A stretch of 64,000 bases of DNA from an uncultured virus (IMG/VR IMGVR_UViG_3300010334_000053) (taxonomy: Duplodnaviria > Heunggongvirae > Uroviricota > Caudoviricetes), in IMG/VR virus record IMGVR_UViG_3300010334_000053; one strand, 5' to 3'. This document shows positions 8,714 to 18,379 of the stretch, one piece after another. Position numbers and translations under genes: made by a program. How positions within the stretch are numbered: position 1 is the first letter of the stretch; every line of letters starts with the position of its first letter. The notes beneath the pieces were generated by a model that saw only the letters and a program-made list of their open reading frames with translations, was not told the DNA's origin and did not search any database.

Positions 8714-11392
8714 TTATTCAAACGAGAATAAATCATTGATTGAACTGTTTGTGTTTATATCTGACTTTAAGTCCCAATTTAAGACTCCTAATAGATTTTC
8801 CAATTTTTGATCAACCAACGTCTCGATCATGCCGTTGTTATCAAATGGTAATTCTTTGAACCATTCTGGCAATCTTAACTGGTCAACAGGATATGATATT
8901 GATGTAAGTCTAAGTGGATTTTCTTTTAATTTACACACAACAATTTTAGATCCATCTACGATTTTTTGGCTGTAATTATCTCCATTTAATTTTCTAAGAT
9001 AATTATAATTCAATGAGGCACGTGCATGTCCTGGCATATTAGCTCTACCGGTCTTGCTGTTTGCTTCTAGAGATTCATAGTGCGCAAGTTTGTTAACAGA
9101 CTTAGGCGAACCCATTGTCCAGCTTGGTTGATCATACATCCAAACTTTGAATTCTATTATTTCTTTGACTATGCTATTTTTGTCTGAACCTGCGAGTAAC
9201 ATTTCAAGGATTTTCATTAGAAATTCTTGAACATATTTCGGTGTATCCGCTCTTTTTAGGTCAAGACCCATTGCCTTGACTTTGCCGTCCTTGCCATCTT
9301 TGTCCTGTCGTTTGCCTTCTTTATCGTAATACCTAACAGCATATCGTTTCTTGGTAATAAAAAGAGCACGATCTGCAACAATCTCTCGTCCAGCTTTTAT
9401 AACTTCACCTCTTGTTTTTGGACAATGAAATTGTTCGAGCATCATTTGTGGAAATGTAACGTTTACTTCTTCTGATATTTGATCATACAGTTGTATTACA
9501 GTGTCTTTGTTCCAAACAATTGATCCATTTTCAACTTCTTTTTTTAGGGTTGGCCATGCGGTAAAATACCCAGAATCAGTGTCACCGTATATTATACTAG
9601 TGCCAGCATGATCATACGAACCTGTGATAAATTCATTTATTTTTGCCGCCATATGTCGCGTGATTCTTCGACCAGATAGAGTTGTACTTTGGCCAATTCT
9701 TTTGTCAAAAAATCTGCAACCCGCATTGAGAATTGCACCATAGAGAGAATTTAGGTTAATCTTTTTCACCAACTGGCGTTTATCCCAATATTCTTCTTCA
9801 ATTGGATTTTCAGCTTTGATTGCGTCTTTTAGTTTGGCCTGCATTTCTTTTCGTTCTGCATACCAACGCTTTAGTAGGCCTGGAATAATACCTTCTTTTT
9901 CATAGGTAAATATTGTACCGTTTGCGCTAAGAATCCACTGTTTGTTACTTTTGAAAATTAATTGATATATTTCTGCACCGTTTGTTATAACAGTGCTTCC
10001 ATTTTCCCAGTCAATTATAATGTCATGCATGGTATCTTGGTTCATGACAAATTCATACTCGTTGCTGCCAAATTTACCTTCCCATGCCGCAGCAAAGCTC
10101 ATGCCTTTGGCCATTTTTGCTTCAATTTCTGAAGTAGTATAATCCTGACGCAATTGGCCGATGATAGTTTCTGGACCCATATTCAATGCGCGAATCGCTG
10201 ATGGATACAGCGAGTTAATATCCATTGATCCAATCCACTCATGTAGTCCTTTTTTAGGAACAGCTACATAAGCTCCTGCTGCTTGAGTGTCATCTCGGTC
10301 ATTTTTACGAGATCGACTTGGAACTATTAGACCATATCGATGCGCCTCATTTATAATTGCCTGTTCAGTGACAGCCACTGCGCCCATAGTTGTTTGAAGA
10401 AGAACGGTATTTTCATGCGCAATTGAACATGCTAAGTCTATGAATTTTAACTTTTTATCCAGTTTATCCAATAGTGCAGTATCTTGGCGGTTATATTCGA
10501 TGAACGTTCTAAAATCATTATTATAAAGTTGATCAAGTGTGCCTTCATATACTGTTTTATTTTCACCAATTTCTGCCTCGCCTATTGCATCTAGTCGATA
10601 TGAATGACGTTCTTCGTATGTGTATTTTTTATACAGTGATAGGCTGTCAAGGTGGACTCTGCCAACAAAATCATATGTTACGGCAGATTTTCCAAACTTC
10701 TCATATTCTCTTTTTTTTGGATATTGATTCCATAGGCATAATCTTTTTGTTGCTTCTTTGCCTAATGTCTTGCTTATTCTATTTACGGTATACGGAATAT
10801 CAAACCCTTCAGAATTCCATCCGCTAATAACATCAGCATCATCAATTAAGTTAAGAAATGTGTCTAACATTTCAGCTTCAGAGTCAAATAGAAATGTATT
10901 GGGAATATCTTTTATTAATTCATTTGCTGCATCCATTGTCAGCGTCTTTGGAGGAAGCGCAAGGCATACAAGCGTGTCTAGCCATTGTAGATGTACTGAT
11001 ATAGCGGTGATGGGCATGAATGCGTCTTCGGGACTTGCGTATCCTCTTTCTGGATCAAAGTCTACCTCAATATCGTAAAAGGCCACATTTAGTTTTGGCT
11101 CATCTTTTCCTAGATAGTTTTCTTCGAGGCATCGAAAAACAGCGTTCATGTCGCTTTCGTAGAGTTTATGACTGCCGTGAATCTTTTGTTCTTTGATGAA
11201 CTCTTTCCACGTTTTGCATTGTACTTTTGCTAATGGTTCATCAAAAATACTTTTATATTTTCCCTTTTGATCTGGATAATAAAAAACATATTTTGCAGGA
11301 TAATCACGATAAACTCTGCCTATTTTTGGATCACGTTCAACAACATGTATGGTATCGTTGTCTCTGTTCCAAATTGCATCAACATAGCTCAT
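8714..11392 (-). CDS. family B DNA polymerase (gp43-like)
   Basis: Exo DIEV, GWNSEGFD, YNRQD; pol DINSLYPS, KINLNSLYG, YGDTDS, KKRY. Confidence 0.97.
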   Translation of the reverse strand: MSYVDAIWNRDNDTIHVVERDPKIGRVYRDYPAKYVFYYPDQKGKYKSIFDEPLAKVQCKTWKEFIKEQKIHGSHKLYESDMNAVFRCLEENYLGKDEPKLNVAFYDIEVDFDPERGYASPEDAFMPITAISVHLQWLDTLVCLALPPKTLTMDAANELIKDIPNTFLFDSEAEMLDTFLNLIDDADVISGWNSEGFDIPYTVNRISKTLGKEATKRLCLWNQYPKKREYEKFGKSAVTYDFVGRVHLDSLSLYKKYTYEERHSYRLDAIGEAEIGENKTVYEGTLDQLYNNDFRTFIEYNRQDTALLDKLDKKLKFIDLACSIAHENTVLLQTTMGAVAVTEQAIINEAHRYGLIVPSRSRKNDRDDTQAAGAYVAVPKKGLHEWIGSMDINSLYPSAIRALNMGPETIIGQLRQDYTTSEIEAKMAKGMSFAAAWEGKFGSNEYEFVMNQDTMHDIIIDWENGSTVITNGAEIYQLIFKSNKQWILSANGTIFTYEKEGIIPGLLKRWYAERKEMQAKLKDAIKAENPIEEEYWDKRQLVKKINLNSLYGAILNAGCRFFDKRIGQSTTLSGRRITRHMAAKINEFITGSYDHAGTSIIYGDTDSGYFTAWPTLKKEVENGSIVWNKDTVIQLYDQISEEVNVTFPQMMLEQFHCPKTRGEVIKAGREIVADRALFITKKRYAVRYYDKEGKRQDKDGKDGKVKAMGLDLKRADTPKYVQEFLMKILEMLLAGSDKNSIVKEIIEFKVWMYDQPSWTMGSPKSVNKLAHYESLEANSKTGRANMPGHARASLNYNYLRKLNGDNYSQKIVDGSKIVVCKLKENPLRLTSISYPVDQLRLPEWFKELPFDNNGMIETLVDQKLENLLGVLNWDLKSDINTNSSINDLFSFE

Positions 11393-11514
11393 TCGGATTC
11401 TCCTCGAATGTCAGCAACATTTTCGTCTAATTGTTCTTGAAGTTTGCACCGCGTTGAGCAGTAATCTATGTCTATGCAAGATTCGCACAGAAATTCTCTT
11501 TGTTCTTTTATCAT
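11389..11514 (-). CDS. 41-aa Cys-rich small protein coupled to polymerase
   Basis: Manual: MIKEQREFLCESCIDIDYCSTRCKLQEQLDENVADIRGESE*; ATGA overlap with pol start. Confidence 0.5.
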   Translation of the reverse strand: MIKEQREFLCESCIDIDYCSTRCKLQEQLDENVADIRGESE

Positions 11515-11526
11515 TATAGTTCTTTC

Positions 11527-11582
11527 TTTCCGCTTGTGGCCGGAAAACCATCTTCATAATGATTTATGGCTCATCACACCAC
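11527..11582 (-). promoter_or_regulatory. tandem hairpin RNA motif upstream of DNA polymerase
   Basis: Two units TGGT-stem-GCCAYAA-stem. Confidence 0.45.
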
Positions 11583-11596
11583 GGCTCAAATATTAA

Positions 11597-11866
11597 TTAA
11601 ATTTGATCTCGGTTATCATGCCCGGTTATGCTAACAATCGATTCAAGTGTATCAAAGTCAGTGTAGACATCACTCCAGTTGCCATTTTGTGCAACTTTTA
11701 TAGCTCGCTTGATTAGTGCAGGCTTAATTTCTAATTCTTCAGCTACTGCCTTGATCGTGTCTTTTAAACCATTGGTTAGGTCTTCGATTTCCTGTAAAAC
11801 GGTAACGCCTTCCGAAATTAACTGCTTAAGCTTTGCTTGCTCTGCATTACCAAAAACTTTACTCAT
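11597..11866 (-). CDS. DsbA/GapR-like dsDNA-binding protein
   Basis: Coiled-coil LKQLI..EIEDL...LKDTIKAVAEELEIKPALIKRAIK pattern. Confidence 0.55.
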   Translation of the reverse strand: MSKVFGNAEQAKLKQLISEGVTVLQEIEDLTNGLKDTIKAVAEELEIKPALIKRAIKVAQNGNWSDVYTDFDTLESIVSITGHDNRDQI

Positions 11867-11886
11867 TATTTTTCTCCTTGACCAAC

Positions 11887-11915
11887 ATTATATGTGATTT
11901 ATTGTTGAAAGTCAA
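11887..11915 (-). promoter_or_regulatory. sigma70-like promoter
   Basis: TTGACT-17-TATAAT. Confidence 0.65.
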
Positions 11916-12358
11916 GAATTTGATCGCTTTATACTTGCTCTTAGCATCCAAGAATGTGTTCTATGAGCGTCCATTCTTTCAGCAAGGAAATTGGAGAATC
12001 CATGTTCGCCTTCTTGCTCAGCCAAGTCGTAAACTACCTTTAGTATTTTGACCATATGATCACTATCATTTAGTAGCACCTTTACCATTGTAATTTGATC
12101 TGGAATACCATTCTCGTCTTCTATTTGACTTAGAACGCTAAATTTTGAAAAGCTACCGGGAACATATGCGTCCAGTGATCTGATTTTTTCTGCAAAATTA
12201 TCAATATGATCTAAAACTTCCTCATAGATTTTTCCAAATAATTCATGATATTCAAAAAAGTCCGAGCTTTCAATATTCCAGTGATAATTGTGTGCTTTTA
12301 AATAAAACGCAAATTCTGATGAAAATGCAACCTTTGCTGCTTCTGTGAGATCACTCAT
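11912..12358 (-). CDS. dps: Dps/ferritin-like DNA protection protein
   Basis: KAHNYHWNI, F..YH..F..IYE, DNFAEKIR, WML. Confidence 0.9.
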   Translation of the reverse strand: MSDLTEAAKVAFSSEFAFYLKAHNYHWNIESSDFFEYHELFGKIYEEVLDHIDNFAEKIRSLDAYVPGSFSKFSVLSQIEDENGIPDQITMVKVLLNDSDHMVKILKVVYDLAEQEGEHGFSNFLAERMDAHRTHSWMLRASIKRSNS

Positions 12359-13485
12359 CTTTTTAATTTCCTATTTAAATTTCCCATTAGTTGATCCTCA
12401 TAAGTAAGTTCTTGTTCAAACAGCTTTGCAGCAAGAGAATCATGTGTCCATTCGTTTACAGGTTCTTCATAAACAGGACGTATTGTGTGTGCATATGAAC
12501 CGTATTCATTGTCTTTTTTGTCTAAAATTGTTCTAGCACGTTGTCTAGATTTAGCGCGACCAACAACTTTACCAGTAGGCTTACATACTACTTCATATCC
12601 AATCGGAGTTGAATCTGCTTCATAAACAGGATCAATTGGTTTGCCAGAATCATCACGTACTTCATCATCGGTTACTCTCAAATGATCTAATGTGACTTGA
12701 ATTCTGTGATCAAGTTCTTTTACTTTTTCCTCATCTCCCAACTTTATTGCACGTTCACGAAACTGCGCAAGTTTTGCTAGTTGTGGATCACTGCGCATGA
12801 GATGCTGTGCCTGCATATGATTAATTCCAGTAATAGATGCAATTAATGCAGCAGTGCCTAGGAGAGCTTTGCCCCATCCCTCGTTGATGCCTAAATTATG
12901 CTTGGCCTGCTCAATTGCTTCTTCTCTAGACGATGCTTCATCTGCGGGAATTCTTACAATTTTATTATCAATATGAACTTGCCATTCGTCGCCAATTCTC
13001 AAAACTTTAGTGGCGGATTTAGCTTCCATTGTGTATATTTCTCCACTTGCATGTTGACTTAGCATATAGTCTTTAGCAGTGATTAACATACTCTTTGATA
13101 TTGAAATCTTTTCTTCCACCCATTCAGGAAGATTTTCATTGGTTTTTAGAATTTCCAATAATTCTTTAATAGCATGTACCATTGTGATGAGGTTATTTTT
13201 AACCATTCCAACTTCGTCGTTGTATTCGCCACCGCCGCTGAAGTTTTCACTGGGTCTGTAATCTCCCATTCCAACGCCAGCCATCCTGTCTTGAAATTCT
13301 TTTAAGTTTTTGTTTAGGCGCCGATTCAGGTCTTCAAAATACTCTGTATTTTTATGTTTTGTTTCTCCGCGCTTCATTGCTGCTTTCTTGTCTTTATGCG
13401 TTCCAGCACCACTTTTCTGCATTGAACCTGCAACTGGATTTCTTGGCTTAACTGTGGGAACTTTGACTTTATTTGTTTTGCTCAT
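12355..13485 (-). CDS. modular hypothetical protein (probable internal virion protein)
   Basis: Unrelated segments separated by xxE motifs; basic N-terminus. Confidence 0.65.
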   Translation of the reverse strand: MSKTNKVKVPTVKPRNPVAGSMQKSGAGTHKDKKAAMKRGETKHKNTEYFEDLNRRLNKNLKEFQDRMAGVGMGDYRPSENFSGGGEYNDEVGMVKNNLITMVHAIKELLEILKTNENLPEWVEEKISISKSMLITAKDYMLSQHASGEIYTMEAKSATKVLRIGDEWQVHIDNKIVRIPADEASSREEAIEQAKHNLGINEGWGKALLGTAALIASITGINHMQAQHLMRSDPQLAKLAQFRERAIKLGDEEKVKELDHRIQVTLDHLRVTDDEVRDDSGKPIDPVYEADSTPIGYEVVCKPTGKVVGRAKSRQRARTILDKKDNEYGSYAHTIRPVYEEPVNEWTHDSLAAKLFEQELTYEDQLMGNLNRKLKR

Positions 13486-14963
13486 CTTTTTAACACCTTG
13501 GATTTTTTATTTTTTGATTTAGGTGCACCAACTGTACCGCCAAATAACCAGCCGCCGCCTTGTGCGGGCGCACTAGCAACTGATCCTGCCGAAGTGCCGC
13601 CTGAACTTGCGGATTCTTTAGCCATTATTGGATTCTGTTGAAATCGTGGATTAATCTCATCATTCTCCTCGACTGTAGAATCTTTTTCTGATGCGCCTAT
13701 AGTTAAACCTGGTCCAGCCATTCTTTTCATATCATTTTTGCTTAATGTTCTGGTATCTGGAACCATGATAAAAACTGAATTTCCATGTGAATCGTTATGA
13801 TCCTGATGAAGACCATATCTCATGTTTGGAATCAATCCTAATTTTTTCATTTCATTATGTGTTATATTAAAGTTATATCTAGTAGATTCGCCAGTTGTGT
13901 CTCGGTCATGAATAACTCTAAATCCTAGTTTTCTTAATTCATGGCTATTTTTACTATAATCGTGTGGTTTTGCCATGAGTAAAACAGGTTTGCCGCCCAT
14001 TAAATCTACTTTGAGATAACCACCAGACTCTTTATCATAATATTCTCGTGTGAATTGAGTATTAAGAACTATATTGAAATTTTTAAAATCATCAATATTT
14101 GCAGATCGTTCATTTGATCTATGAATTTGGTCAAATGCATTCTCTCTGGCTTCGCCTTGAGAATTTCCTATTCCATAATAAACTAATGATTTATTTTTTC
14201 GGTGTTGTGCAACTGCTACGAATTTTTTACCATTGCCAGTAATTTTTCCCATGGCAACTGGTTCTTTAGACATTTTTACAATCCATGTTGCATAATTTTC
14301 AATATCATATTCAGGAACATTTTTTGAAATATCTTCATTGGTCTCTTCATCATGGTCGTCATTATGACCACTTTTAGCTACTAATTTGCCAGTTGTGAGA
14401 TTCTTAGATTGCAACTCTTGAGGAACATGTTCTAATTCGCCTTTTAATATTTTTCGTGCTCTTGCTATGCCATCAACTATTTTTTCTAGGCCATCTTCGT
14501 CCGCTTGATATTTGATACCAATTCCGCCCTTGGCTTCCCATGCAGAAATATTGCTGCCACGATCATCAATTAGTATATTAGGAGTGCCATCTTTTTGAAC
14601 AGCATACTTTGCTTTATTTGGCGTTATTATAATAGATGCTGGTGCTGGACTTAGGTGCTTTTTAATCCAGATTTTTTTCTGATATTCTGAATTTTCATGA
14701 TCACCACGCAGCGGACTAGAACATATATGATAGCTTCCATATAGTTTGGTAACCATTTTGATAAGTTGATCCGCACTTGCAAATTTTGGCAATCTAGCAA
14801 AGAAATCTGTACCAATCATTTTATCCAAGGTTGGATCAGTTTTTGCCGGTGGAATATCTCGATAATTGCCTGATTTGATACCGGCCAGTTTGGCGTATTC
14901 GGCAAAAAAGTCTGCCAATACGCCGTCCATGTCCACATATACTTCTGGTCGTTTTTCTTTCAT
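13482..14963 (-). CDS. HAD 5'(3')-deoxyribonucleotidase domain fused to unknown modules
   Basis: YVDMDGVLADF, ILIDD, W..KGGIGI in first ~170 aa. Confidence 0.75.
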   Translation of the reverse strand: MKEKRPEVYVDMDGVLADFFAEYAKLAGIKSGNYRDIPPAKTDPTLDKMIGTDFFARLPKFASADQLIKMVTKLYGSYHICSSPLRGDHENSEYQKKIWIKKHLSPAPASIIITPNKAKYAVQKDGTPNILIDDRGSNISAWEAKGGIGIKYQADEDGLEKIVDGIARARKILKGELEHVPQELQSKNLTTGKLVAKSGHNDDHDEETNEDISKNVPEYDIENYATWIVKMSKEPVAMGKITGNGKKFVAVAQHRKNKSLVYYGIGNSQGEARENAFDQIHRSNERSANIDDFKNFNIVLNTQFTREYYDKESGGYLKVDLMGGKPVLLMAKPHDYSKNSHELRKLGFRVIHDRDTTGESTRYNFNITHNEMKKLGLIPNMRYGLHQDHNDSHGNSVFIMVPDTRTLSKNDMKRMAGPGLTIGASEKDSTVEENDEINPRFQQNPIMAKESASSGGTSAGSVASAPAQGGGWLFGGTVGAPKSKNKKSKVLKR

Positions 14964-15361
14964 GATTTCTTCTTTTTAGTTGAGTTGGAGTTTTTCATCC
15001 AGTCAGCAACTGGACTAACGGTGTTGGTATTACTTAATTCTTCACTGCGATTGCTAGTAAATCTTCTAACTTGTCCTGCTCCTACCATTTTTGCAGCAGC
15101 ATTGATGATTTCTAATTCTGCATCAGTATAAGTTGCAAGTAGTGGGTCGCCTGCAATTGCGCCAGCTGCTTGTGTTGGAAATTCAGGAGCCCCTGCAAGT
15201 GCTAGCCCGAATCTATATTGTTCATAAGGACTGCCGTTTTGTTTATTTATGCTTATGCCTGGCATACTAATACCGCCCTTTAGTGCTGCTGCCTGACTGG
15301 CATCCAGTTTTTTAGAATCTGAATGGTGATCGGTTTCGTTTATGAATTCTCGTGCTCTCAT
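14960..15361 (-). CDS. hypothetical protein with capsid-targeting-like N-terminus
   Basis: MRAREFINE. Confidence 0.65.
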   Translation of the reverse strand: MRAREFINETDHHSDSKKLDASQAAALKGGISMPGISINKQNGSPYEQYRFGLALAGAPEFPTQAAGAIAGDPLLATYTDAELEIINAAAKMVGAGQVRRFTSNRSEELSNTNTVSPVADWMKNSNSTKKKKS

Positions 15362-15636
15362 TTATTTTTTCCAAACCATAATTGAAACCATTCTGGATCT
15401 CCTGGTTTTATATTGTTATTGCGTTCAAACTGACGTTTTTCTAGACCAGACATAGAAATTTCAGCATTATTTATTTTGAGTTGGGTAGCTCTGTATTCTT
15501 CTAGTCGTGCTTCTGATCCCAGACCTCCAAGGTAGCTGGCTATTTTAAGTTCTTGAATCGGATCATCTGGTGATAGATGTGCATCATCTTCCGAATCTTG
15601 TAAAATATTTTCAGAAGTTATTCGATATTGTTTCAT
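15358..15636 (-). CDS. hypothetical protein
   Basis: ORF with ATGA overlaps. Confidence 0.65.
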   Translation of the reverse strand: MKQYRITSENILQDSEDDAHLSPDDPIQELKIASYLGGLGSEARLEEYRATQLKINNAEISMSGLEKRQFERNNNIKPGDPEWFQLWFGKNK

Positions 15637-16961
15637 TTTTGTTCCAATATTTTTATTAACCTTCTGAGTTCATTTTCATAAGATTCATCAACTGGCACAC
15701 AATTTGGAACAGTTCTGCCATTTTTTTCTTTAGTTCCAACTGGATGATATCCTTTCCAACAAGGATTTGTATTGCGCAAAGTTTTCTTCTTTGCTTCTTT
15801 TACTTCTGAATCTTTGCTTTCTTCGGCTACTTTGACACAGTTGCGTACTTGGCCGCCACTTCTGCCAGTTTTAGTACCTTTAGCTTGATAGCCAGGCCAA
15901 CATTTAGTAACGCCGTTTGAATCTTTTTGGCCCTTCTTAATTTCATTAAGATTGCCATGTGTTTTGCACATGCCACATTCCGGGCAAGTCATTTCCATTT
16001 CAACAGATTCATTGTGCTTCTTTTTGCCTGCACAATGCGCCTTTTGACTAAATCCTTTTGGGTGAGAGCAGTTGATTGATTTTTTATACTTGGCACTCCA
16101 TGATTCATTATATTTGTCGTGCTTGTCTCTGATTGTATCAAGTTCTTCTTCACTAGCGCCATCACGGCCTGCTTTTGCTAATGCCATCATACCTTGCTTG
16201 CCATATTTTTCATATCCCTTGGCTGCCCGGCTCATTCTTTTTTCGCTTTCCTCCATGTTATGTGGTTTTTTGCCTTTCTTCTTCATATTAATTGCAATGG
16301 CAGCTTGTTGTGCTGGATTAGCTGCTTCTTTTAACGCAGTTATTTTCAGTTCTGCATTAATGATCATGTCACGCATTTCTTCAATGCTTTCGCAGTGCCA
16401 GCGACGAAGTGACTTGTTGATTGGACTATTAGGATCACGCTTTGTCTTGGCACTCGCATGAGCTTTCTTCATGCCCTTCATTCTAGCACAAAATGATTTA
16501 CGGCGTTTTGCTGCCTTTGATCCCTTTTTTAATTTGCTTGGTTTGGTGGTTACCGCTGTGCTTAACTTAGAACCGGGATTTTCTCTACGATATGCCTTTA
16601 CTGCTTTTTTACTCATGCCTGGAGTTCTATCTTTTCGATTGGCTTTTTGCCAATCTTCATAGATTGATTCGCCAAAATACTTCTTGTCCATTTCCTCATA
16701 TGCATGACGAATTTGCTCAATATTCATTTCAAGTTCTTTCATGTGATGTGCAATTATTCGCCATTCTTCAGGACTAGCAGTTTGTGCTCGTTTAGCTAAC
16801 TCTGATAGCATCCATCTAGCTTGCTTTATTCTGTATGACAATTTTGCAGGATTTATTCCCAGATGACCTGTGATCATTGGATCATCTGGATTTTCTGAAT
16901 TATGCTCTATTGCCTCATCAGTGTCAGTGAAAAAAGTAAACTCGTTGGATCTCATATACAA
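15633..16961 (-). CDS. Lys/Cys-rich modular protein (probable internal virion polyprotein)
   Basis: Two CWxGY..GTK...VxNCV repeats and other short modules, each preceded by E. Confidence 0.7.
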   Translation of the reverse strand: MYMRSNEFTFFTDTDEAIEHNSENPDDPMITGHLGINPAKLSYRIKQARWMLSELAKRAQTASPEEWRIIAHHMKELEMNIEQIRHAYEEMDKKYFGESIYEDWQKANRKDRTPGMSKKAVKAYRRENPGSKLSTAVTTKPSKLKKGSKAAKRRKSFCARMKGMKKAHASAKTKRDPNSPINKSLRRWHCESIEEMRDMIINAELKITALKEAANPAQQAAIAINMKKKGKKPHNMEESEKRMSRAAKGYEKYGKQGMMALAKAGRDGASEEELDTIRDKHDKYNESWSAKYKKSINCSHPKGFSQKAHCAGKKKHNESVEMEMTCPECGMCKTHGNLNEIKKGQKDSNGVTKCWPGYQAKGTKTGRSGGQVRNCVKVAEESKDSEVKEAKKKTLRNTNPCWKGYHPVGTKEKNGRTVPNCVPVDESYENELRRLIKILEQK

Positions 16962-16970
16962 ATACTTCCT

Positions 16971-17522
16971 TTATAAAGGTATATTAGTACTTATCATTTC
17001 CATAAGAAATTTTACACGATTGTCATCCATAGTATCTGGAATCATCTTACGAAATGCTGCAAAATTGTCATCTAGTGCAGCTTTCCTAGCAGCAGTACCA
17101 CTTACGCCCTCTATGCCATCGCTATCAGGATCACGATTGCCGATCGACAATAGTTCAATTGAGTCGTAGTTGTAGTCAACGCCGTTTTGTTTCTCGATAA
17201 CACTGCCCAATGTGTCAATACGATCACCACCTGCAACGAATACTAAATTCTTGTATTTCTCATTTAGAAATTTAGCAGCCTCTACAGGAGTGCGAACAGT
17301 ATCGTTGCACTCGATAAAGTTAATACCGGGAAATATTTCACACAGAAACTCAATCTTAACATCAATTGTCAGCGGATTTTTCTTCTTGTCGTGTGTCTTG
17401 CTTACAAAGATTGCGTAGTCGGCATTTTCCGACGCAGCATAATTCTTAATCAGCTGAAACATCATTCCGTGCGCAATCGTAGGAGGCTGAAAGCGACCAA
17501 ATGCAAATACTATGCTAGACAT
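16971..17522 (-). CDS. cytidylyltransferase-family (HIGH-class) nucleotidyltransferase
   Basis: FGRFQPPTIAH, KNPL, GGDR, SGTAARK. Confidence 0.8.
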   Translation of the reverse strand: MSSIVFAFGRFQPPTIAHGMMFQLIKNYAASENADYAIFVSKTHDKKKNPLTIDVKIEFLCEIFPGINFIECNDTVRTPVEAAKFLNEKYKNLVFVAGGDRIDTLGSVIEKQNGVDYNYDSIELLSIGNRDPDSDGIEGVSGTAARKAALDDNFAAFRKMIPDTMDDNRVKFLMEMISTNIPL

Positions 17523-18379
17523 AAGATTACCTTTGACAATGCCTTTTCCTTGTTAGCACCTTTAGGTGTGCCAACTTCACCTGACTTAACTGTGACCATA
17601 CTCTTGAACAAGCCCATAATACGCTTTGCACTACGAGGATTTACAATAGTATTCTTTACATCTAATAGCAGTTGATCAAAGCTCTTGTCAAGATCGTAAT
17701 TATCTAATAGTGTGACTACATCATTCCAATTCTGACTGGTCCACATAACGTCATGCTCTATTTCTTCATACGTGCCTGGTTTGTAATGAACCAGGCGTAA
17801 CTCCAGTTTAGAACTGCTTAACGTGAATTCATATTCACGGTCACGCCAAGGCAACATGTAACCGGCAAGATCATTTAACTTTGAAAAAATTTCAACATAT
17901 GGCGTTTCAATGGCCTCAACCTTAACAAGACCTAGCACAAGACCCTGTTTTTCAGCAGGCATATCAAGAAACTGCCTCTTAAACTCCATTTCTTCTTCAG
18001 TTAGTGCAACGATAGTATCAATCTGCACAGAATATCCTAGTGTCTTGTTATGAAAACGAACAGATACAAGTTCACCAGTGTTGCTTGTACGCTTGCCGCG
18101 ATGCTTTTCTGAAGTGAACGGTACAATCACATCCTCAGGAAATTCCTGAAGATACTTAACTAGATTCTGTTTAAGTACTTGCTTAGTAAGACTTGTATGA
18201 ATATGAACAATCAAATCGATGTCACCAAACGTAGTCTTAGTAAGGTCGGAGTTATAGCTGCCGGATGTAACCATATCAACAAAGCCAGGAAAATCTCCCA
18301 TTACTTCACGAAACTCGTCAACAAACTGTGCAAAGTCTGCACGGTTACGAACACGCTCTGCACCAGTTACACCGCTCAT
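17510..18379 (-). CDS. Pol-beta superfamily nucleotidyltransferase
   Basis: SGSYN...GDIDL and third Asp in VQID. Confidence 0.7.
   Translation of the reverse strand: MSGVTGAERVRNRADFAQFVDEFREVMGDFPGFVDMVTSGSYNSDLTKTTFGDIDLIVHIHTSLTKQVLKQNLVKYLQEFPEDVIVPFTSEKHRGKRTSNTGELVSVRFHNKTLGYSVQIDTIVALTEEEMEFKRQFLDMPAEKQGLVLGLVKVEAIETPYVEIFSKLNDLAGYMLPWRDREYEFTLSSSKLELRLVHYKPGTYEEIEHDVMWTSQNWNDVVTLLDNYDLDKSFDQLLLDVKNTIVNPRSAKRIMGLFKSMVTVKSGEVGTPKGANKEKALSKVILCLA

Noticed and set aside
8714..11392. Intein or intron in DNA polymerase
   Set aside because: 892 aa with contiguous motifs and no splicing signatures.
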